UHGV virus genome: UHGV-0136179 | Origin: a virus | Length of the DNA: 22,194 nt | Reading direction: 5' to 3' (one strand) | In this document: positions 16,892 through 22,194 of the stretch, piece by piece | Layout: every line of letters begins with the position of its first letter | Numbering within the stretch: the first letter of the stretch is position 1 | Position numbers and translations under genes: made by a program | Notes under the pieces: generated by a model | Databases searched by the model: none | Told to the model about the DNA's origin: nothing | The model's input: only the letters and a program-made list of their open reading frames with translations

Positions 16892-17643
16892 GACGGGTGT
16901 TTGTGGATAAAAAGTTTTCCATTTTGAGAAAAAGAGTAAAGCATTCTCAAAAGAAAGTTATGGATTGTATTATTGCTGACCATAATGCTGATATATGTGT
17001 GTTATGCGGGAGTTCTGACGATATTACTCGTGAGCACATTATTCCTCAGTGGGCCTTTGAGTCAAATGCTGAAAAATCTTTAATTAATAAAAAGAATAAT
17101 CAGTCAACTCATTACATTAAAGCCACTGTACCAGCATGCAGAGTGTGCAATTCTGATTTGCTGGGAGTGTTTGAGTATAACTTGAAGAAATTTCTTACGG
17201 AAAAGAGGGGCGATGAGTTAACAGATTATGAATATGATTGCATCATATGGTGGTTGCAATACATGGGCTTTAAGTTGCAATTAATGGATTTACGGACCCG
17301 CTTTCTCAGGTATAAAGGGGGGGATTATATCCCTTTCCTTGCAAACTTCCCGGTTGCAATGTTTTGGGGGAATGTCGATACGACACCGGAGGATGTCTTC
17401 AGGATTATAAGAAAATCGCGACGCAATCTGATGTCGAAATGGAAGGATAAAAAACATAATTCTTTGATGGTTTTTGAAACATCAAACAAGAGTTTTCATT
17501 TCTTTCATAAGGTTGATGAATTTATTTTTATTGAAATGCCTCAGGTTAAGAAGGCGTTTTTCTTCTTTTTTAATAAAGAATTTGACAGCCATGATTTAGC
17601 TCATGAGGAGTGTATGAAGATTATAGAGAAGTACTACAACTAA
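16888..17643 (+). CDS. HNH-motif nuclease-like protein with uncharacterised C-terminal domain (cargo in the S-V slot)
   Basis: 251 aa. ATG overlaps the S stop (ATGA). Motif CVLCG-(x8)-EHIIPQW-(x)-CRVCN matches the HNH/His-Me finger pattern (CxxC ... [D/E]H..P ... CxxCN). Very A+T-rich against the GC-rich tail genes. Confidence 0.55.
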   Translation: MRRVFVDKKFSILRKRVKHSQKKVMDCIIADHNADICVLCGSSDDITREHIIPQWAFESNAEKSLINKKNNQSTHYIKATVPACRVCNSDLLGVFEYNLKKFLTEKRGDELTDYEYDCIIWWLQYMGFKLQLMDLRTRFLRYKGGDYIPFLANFPVAMFWGNVDTTPEDVFRIIRKSRRNLMSKWKDKKHNSLMVFETSNKSFHFFHKVDEFIFIEMPQVKKAFFFFFNKEFDSHDLAHEECMKIIEKYYN

Positions 17644-17720
17644 TATTTATTATGTTGTGTCACGGCTGACAGAGTCCTCCATGATTGCTGCTGGTATCGT
17701 CCGGCGGCATCCTTCCCGTC

Positions 17721-18356
17721 ATGAACACTCTCGCAAATATTCAGGAACTCGCGCGCGCACTGCGCAACATGATCCGCACCGGCCTTGTCGTCGAAACCAA
17801 CCTTAAAGCCGGTCGCTGCCGTGTGCAGACCGGCGGCATGTGCACCGACTGGCTTCAGTGGCTGACCTGTCGTGCCGGGCGTTCGCGCACATGGTGGGCA
17901 CCTTCCGTGGGGGAGCAGGTGCTGATTCTGGCCGTGGGCGGTGAACTTGACACGGCGTTTGTTCTGCCGGGGATTTATTCCGGCGATAACCCCGCGCCGT
18001 CTGCGTCGGCGGATGCCCTGCATATCCGTTTCCCTGACGGGGCGGTGATTGAGTATGAACCCGAAACCAGTGCACTGACGGTAAGCGGAATTAAAACGGC
18101 CAGCGTGACGGCTTCTGATTCTGTTACTGCCACGGTGCCGGTGGTCATTGTGAAAGCATCAACCCGCGTCACCCTGGACACACCGGAGGTGGTCTGCACC
18201 AACAGGCTGATTACCGGCACGCTGGAAGTGCAGAAGGGCGGGACGATGCACGGCAACATTGAACACACCGGCGGTGAACTCTCATCAAACGGTAAGGTAC
18301 TGCATACCCATAAACACCCCGGCGACAGTGGCGGCACAACAGGGGGACCTCTATGA
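17721..18356 (+). CDS. V: Baseplate spike gpV
   Basis: 211 aa from the ATG at 17721 (P2 gpV is 211 aa); the ORF extends to 17685 via a non-ATG. Confidence 0.9.
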   Translation: MNTLANIQELARALRNMIRTGLVVETNLKAGRCRVQTGGMCTDWLQWLTCRAGRSRTWWAPSVGEQVLILAVGGELDTAFVLPGIYSGDNPAPSASADALHIRFPDGAVIEYEPETSALTVSGIKTASVTASDSVTATVPVVIVKASTRVTLDTPEVVCTNRLITGTLEVQKGGTMHGNIEHTGGELSSNGKVLHTHKHPGDSGGTTGGPL

Positions 18357-18700
18357 CTGCGCGTTATCTCGGAATGAATCGCAGTGATGGCCTGACTGTC
18401 ACTGACCTTGAGCATATCAGCCAGAGTATCGGCGATATCCTGCGCACACCGGTCGGCTCACGGGTGATGCGTCGTGATTACGGCTCGTTGCTGGCATCAA
18501 TGATTGACCAGCCGCAGACCCCGGCGCTTGAGTTGCAGATTAAGGTCGCCTGTTACATGGCGGTGCTGAAATGGGAACCCCGCGTCACCCTGTCATCCGT
18601 CACCACTGAACGCAGTTTTGACGGGCGAATGACTGTCACTTTGACCGGCCAGCACAACGACACCGGCCAGCCACTTTCGTTAACCATCCCTGTGAGTTGA
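18353..18700 (+). CDS. W: Baseplate wedge protein gpW
   Basis: 115 aa (P2 gpW is 115 aa); ATGA overlap with V. Confidence 0.85.
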   Translation: MTARYLGMNRSDGLTVTDLEHISQSIGDILRTPVGSRVMRRDYGSLLASMIDQPQTPALELQIKVACYMAVLKWEPRVTLSSVTTERSFDGRMTVTLTGQHNDTGQPLSLTIPVS

Positions 18701-18704
18701 AACC

Positions 18705-19613
18705 ATGCCGATTATCGACCTGAACCAGCTACCCGTACCGGATGTGGTCGAGGAGCTGGACTTTGAAACCATTCTTGCCGAACGCAAGGCGACACTGATT
18801 TCCCTTTACCCGGAAGACCAGCAGGAGGCGGTCGCCCGTACCCTGACGCTGGAATCCGAGCCTCTCGTCAAACTGCTGGAGGAAAATGCTTATCGTGAGC
18901 TTATCTGGCGTCAGCGTGTGAATGAGGCCGCACGGGCGGTAATGCTGGCCTGTGCCGCCGGTAATGACCTTGATGTGATTGGTGCCAATTACAACACCAC
19001 GCGCCTGATTATCACCCCGGCAGATGATTCGACCCTCCCGCCGACACCGGCAGTGATGGAATCTGACACGGATTATCGTCTGCGTATTCAGCAGGCGTTT
19101 GAAGGTTTAAGCGTCGCCGGGTCGGTGGGGGCCTATCAGTATCATGGTCGCAGTGCCGACGGGCGTGTCGCGGATATTTCTGTCACCAGTCCGTCTCCGG
19201 CCTGCGTCACCATCTCTGTGCTGTCACGTGAAAATAACGGTGTCGCATCCGAAGACCTGCTGGCGGTGGTGCGTAACGCCCTTAATGGCGAGGACGTCAG
19301 GCCGGTGGCCGACCGCGTGACCGTGCAGTCTGCCGCCATCGTTGAATACCAGATAAACGCCACGCTTTACCTTTACCCTGGTCCCGAAAGCGAACCCATA
19401 CGCGCTGCTGCCGTGAAAAAACTGGAAGCGTACATCACGGCACAGCACCGGCTGGGGCGTGACATCCGTCTGTCTGCCATTTATGCCGCTTTGCATGTGG
19501 AAGGCGTGCAGCGTGTCGAACTGACTGCACCGCTGACCGACATCGTGCTCAACAGTACGCAGGCGTCTTTCTGTACCGAATACCGCGTCGTGACCGGAGG
19601 CTCGGATGAGTGA
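18705..19613 (+). CDS. J: Baseplate protein gpJ
   Basis: 302 aa (P2 gpJ is 302 aa). Confidence 0.85.
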   Translation: MPIIDLNQLPVPDVVEELDFETILAERKATLISLYPEDQQEAVARTLTLESEPLVKLLEENAYRELIWRQRVNEAARAVMLACAAGNDLDVIGANYNTTRLIITPADDSTLPPTPAVMESDTDYRLRIQQAFEGLSVAGSVGAYQYHGRSADGRVADISVTSPSPACVTISVLSRENNGVASEDLLAVVRNALNGEDVRPVADRVTVQSAAIVEYQINATLYLYPGPESEPIRAAAVKKLEAYITAQHRLGRDIRLSAIYAALHVEGVQRVELTAPLTDIVLNSTQASFCTEYRVVTGGSDE

Positions 19614-20136
19614 TTCGCGACTGCTGCCGACCGGCTCATCACCGCTTGAAATTGCTGCCGCAAAAGCCTGTGCGGAAATTGAAAAAACGCCGGTCAGGAT
19701 TCGTGAACTGTGGAACCCGGATACCTGTCCGGCAAATCTGCTGCCGTGGCTGGCGTGGGCGTTTTCGGTCGACAGGTGGGATGAAAAGTGGCCGGAAGCG
19801 ACAAAACGCGCCGTTATCCGCGATGCCTATTTCATCCACTGTCATAAGGGCACTATCGGTGCAATCCGGCGTGTGGTGGAGCCGCTCGGCTATCTCATCA
19901 ACGTGACGGAGTGGTGGGAAAACAGTGACCCGCCAGGCACCTTCCGGCTTGATATTGGTGTACTGGAAAGCGGCATCACAGAGGCAATGTATCAGGAAAT
20001 GGAACGGCTGATTGCTGATGCCAAACCTGCAAGCCGCCACCTTATCGGCCTGAACATTACCCGGGACATTCCCGGCTACCTGTTCGCCGGTGGTGTGGCT
20101 TACGACGGCGATGTAATTACGGTTTACCCCGGATAA
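19606..20136 (+). CDS. I: Baseplate protein gpI
   Basis: 176 aa (P2 gpI is 176 aa); overlaps the J 3' end. Confidence 0.85.
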   Translation: MSDSRLLPTGSSPLEIAAAKACAEIEKTPVRIRELWNPDTCPANLLPWLAWAFSVDRWDEKWPEATKRAVIRDAYFIHCHKGTIGAIRRVVEPLGYLINVTEWWENSDPPGTFRLDIGVLESGITEAMYQEMERLIADAKPASRHLIGLNITRDIPGYLFAGGVAYDGDVITVYPG

Positions 20137-20146
20137 GTGAGGAATA

Positions 20147-22192
20147 ATGAGCACAAAATTCAGAACCGTTATCACCACTGCCGGTGCAGCAAAGCTGGCA
20201 GCGGCAACCGCACCGGGAGGGCGGAAGGTCAACATTACCACGATGGCCGTCGGGGATGGCGGTGGTAAATTGCCTGTCCCGGATGCCGGACAGACCGGGC
20301 TTATCCACGAAGTCTGGCGACATACGCTGAACAAAATCAGCCAGGACAAACGAAACAGTAATTATATTATCGCAGAGCTGGTTATTCCGCCGGAGGTGGG
20401 CGGTTTCTGGATGCGTGAGCTTGGCCTGTACGATGATGCGGGAACGTTAATTGCCGTGGCGAACATGGCTGAAAGTTATAAGCCAGCTCTTGCCGAAGGC
20501 TCAGGGCGTTCGCAGACCTGCCGCATGGTCATCATCGTCAGCAGTGTGGCCTCAGTGGCGCTGACCATTGACACCACAACGGTGATGGCAACGCAGGATT
20601 ACGTTGATGACAAAATTGCAGAACATGAACAGTCACGACGTCACCCGGACGCCTCGCTAACCGCCAAAGGTTTTACTCAGTTAAGCAGTGCGACCAACAG
20701 CACGTCTGAAACACTCGCCGCAACACCAAAAGCGGTAAAAGCAGCATATGACCTTGCTAACGGGAAATACACTGCACAGGACGCCACCACAGCGCGAAAA
20801 GGCCTTGTCCAGCTCAGTAGTGCCACCAACAGCACGTCTGAAACGCTCGCCGCAACACCAAAAGCCGTTAAGACGGTAATGGATGAAACGAACAAGAAAG
20901 CGCCATTAAACAGCCCTGCACTGACCGGAACGCCAACGACGCCAACTGCGCGACAGGGAACGAATAATACTCAGATCGCAAACACGGCTTTCGTTATGGC
21001 CGCGATTGCCGCCCTTGTAGACTCGTCGCCTGACGCACTGAATACGCTGAACGAGCTGGCGGCGGCGCTGGGCAATGACCCGAATTTTGCTACCACCATG
21101 ACTAATGCGCTTGCGGGTAAGCAACCGAAAGATGCCACTTTGACGGCGCTGGCGGGGCTTGCTACTGCGGCAGACAGGTTTCCGTATTTTACGGGGAATG
21201 ATGTTGCCAGCCTGGCGACCCTGACAAAAGTCGGGCGGGATATTCTGGCTAAATCGACCGTTGCCGCCGTTATCGAATATCTCGGTTTACAGGAAACGGT
21301 AAACCGAGCCGGGAACGCCGTGCAAAAAAATGGCGATACCTTGTCCGGTGGACTTACTTTTGAAAACGACTCAATCCTTGCCTGGATTCGAAATACTGAC
21401 TGGGCGAAGATTGGATTTAAAAATGATGCCGATGGTGACACTGATTCATACATGTGGTTTGAAACAGGCGACAACGGCAATGAATATTTCAAATGGAGAA
21501 GCCGTCAGGGCACCACAACAAAAGACCTGATGAATCTTAAATGGGATGCTTTGTCTGTCCTTGTTAAAGCCCTTTTCAGCAGTGAAGTAAAAATATCGAC
21601 AGTCAATGCACTGAGAATCTTTAATTCATCCTTTGGTGCTATTTTTCGCCGTTCTGAAGAATGCCTGCATATTATCCCCACACGAGAGAATGAGGGGGAA
21701 AATGGTGATATCGGGCCACTACGCCCCTTTTCGTTGAATCTCAGAACTGGTCGCATAACTATGGGGCACGCTCTGGATGTTACAGGAGATATAACAACTA
21801 ACGCATGGGTGTACGCAAACCGCCTTGCAATTAACAGCAGCACAGGCATGTGGATTCATATGCGTGACCAGAATGTTATTTTTGGACGTAATGCGGTATC
21901 CACTGATGGTGCTCAGGCTTTGCTCCGTCAGGACCATGCCGATCGCAAATTTATGATTGGCGGTCTGGGAAATAAGCAATTTGGCATCTACATGATTAAT
22001 AACTCAAGGACAGCCAATGGCACCGATGGTCAGGCATACATGGATAATAACGGTAACTGGCTTTGTGGTTCGCAAGTTATTCCCGGCAACTATGGCAATT
22101 TTGATTCCAGATATGTGAAAGATATTCGACTTGGTTCACTGCGTATTTTCATGAAAGGAGATCACTCAATAACTTCCATCGAGATCGGGTAA
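20147..22192 (+). CDS. H: Tail fibre protein gpH
   Basis: 681 aa (P2 gpH is 669 aa); GAGGAA SD; internal tail-fibre repeats; C-terminal third is A+T-rich. Stop codon is at 22190-22192. Confidence 0.85.
   Translation: MSTKFRTVITTAGAAKLAAATAPGGRKVNITTMAVGDGGGKLPVPDAGQTGLIHEVWRHTLNKISQDKRNSNYIIAELVIPPEVGGFWMRELGLYDDAGTLIAVANMAESYKPALAEGSGRSQTCRMVIIVSSVASVALTIDTTTVMATQDYVDDKIAEHEQSRRHPDASLTAKGFTQLSSATNSTSETLAATPKAVKAAYDLANGKYTAQDATTARKGLVQLSSATNSTSETLAATPKAVKTVMDETNKKAPLNSPALTGTPTTPTARQGTNNTQIANTAFVMAAIAALVDSSPDALNTLNELAAALGNDPNFATTMTNALAGKQPKDATLTALAGLATAADRFPYFTGNDVASLATLTKVGRDILAKSTVAAVIEYLGLQETVNRAGNAVQKNGDTLSGGLTFENDSILAWIRNTDWAKIGFKNDADGDTDSYMWFETGDNGNEYFKWRSRQGTTTKDLMNLKWDALSVLVKALFSSEVKISTVNALRIFNSSFGAIFRRSEECLHIIPTRENEGENGDIGPLRPFSLNLRTGRITMGHALDVTGDITTNAWVYANRLAINSSTGMWIHMRDQNVIFGRNAVSTDGAQALLRQDHADRKFMIGGLGNKQFGIYMINNSRTANGTDGQAYMDNNGNWLCGSQVIPGNYGNFDSRYVKDIRLGSLRIFMKGDHSITSIEIG
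20677..20874 (+). repeat. Tandem 132-bp (44-codon) duplication inside H, encoding QLSSATNSTSETLAATPKAVK twice
   Basis: About 60 bp near-identical at 20681-20742 and 20813-20874 with a 132-bp offset; resembles the phage tail-fibre repeat. Confidence 0.7.
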
Positions 22193-22194
22193 TA

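Larger units (their letters stand above)
1..22194 (+). mobile_element. P2-like prophage, partial (att arm through tail-fibre gene H); downstream tail genes and the other att arm lie outside the window
   Basis: Gene order int-C-cox-B-A-[cargo]-cos-Q-P-O-N-M-L-X-Y-K-lysA-lysB-R-S-[cargo]-V-W-J-I-H with P2-matching protein lengths; cos-like 19-mer at 7517-7535. Confidence 0.9.

Noticed and set aside
17653-17671. Imperfect dyad TGTTGTGTCACGGCTGACA upstream of V as a late-promoter activator site
   Set aside because: TGT/ACA spacing is 10 or 13 rather than 12 and the position relative to the V start is uncertain.
17640-18415. Minus-strand ORFs of 127, 90 and 146 aa
   Set aside because: Antisense to baseplate genes V and W, which are in P2 order with P2-matching lengths.
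20677-21492. Minus-strand ORFs of 72, 72 and 173 aa
   Set aside because: Antisense to tail-fibre gene H; one of them simply mirrors the internal tail-fibre repeat.
1-22194. CRISPR arrays or insertion sequences
   Set aside because: No regularly spaced short direct repeats and no transposase-like ORF bounded by terminal inverted repeats; the only tandem repeats are inside H and in the att arm.

Overview
The window is the left two-thirds of a P2-like (Peduovirus-type) temperate prophage in an enterobacterial host, read from the integrase-proximal attachment arm to the end of the tail-fibre gene H. Gene order is: att arm, int, repressor C, the Pe/operator switch, cox, early genes including B and a TraR/DksA-like zinc finger, rolling-circle initiator A, cargo locus 1, cos, leftward portal Q and terminase P, rightward O-N-M-L-X-Y-K-lysA-lysB/lysC-R-S, cargo locus 2, then V-W-J-I-H. 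Assignments rest on synteny, protein lengths matching P2 proteins, motifs read directly in the translations, and a match to the P2/186 19-nt cohesive end as I recall it; nothing was searched against a database. The two most interesting regions are the A-Q and S-V variable slots. Cargo locus 1 (about 5968-7370) is an A+T-rich, terminator-bracketed pair: a Panacea/DUF4065-like protein and an acidic coiled-coil protein with a C-terminal two-helix membrane hairpin, whose start codon abuts an intergenic terminator. Cargo locus 2 (16888-17643) is a very A+T-rich single gene with an N-terminal HNH nuclease motif and an unrecognised C-terminal domain. Both are candidate anti-phage or toxin-type systems that I cannot assign to a named family. 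Many six-frame ORFs antisense to core genes are treated as spurious.
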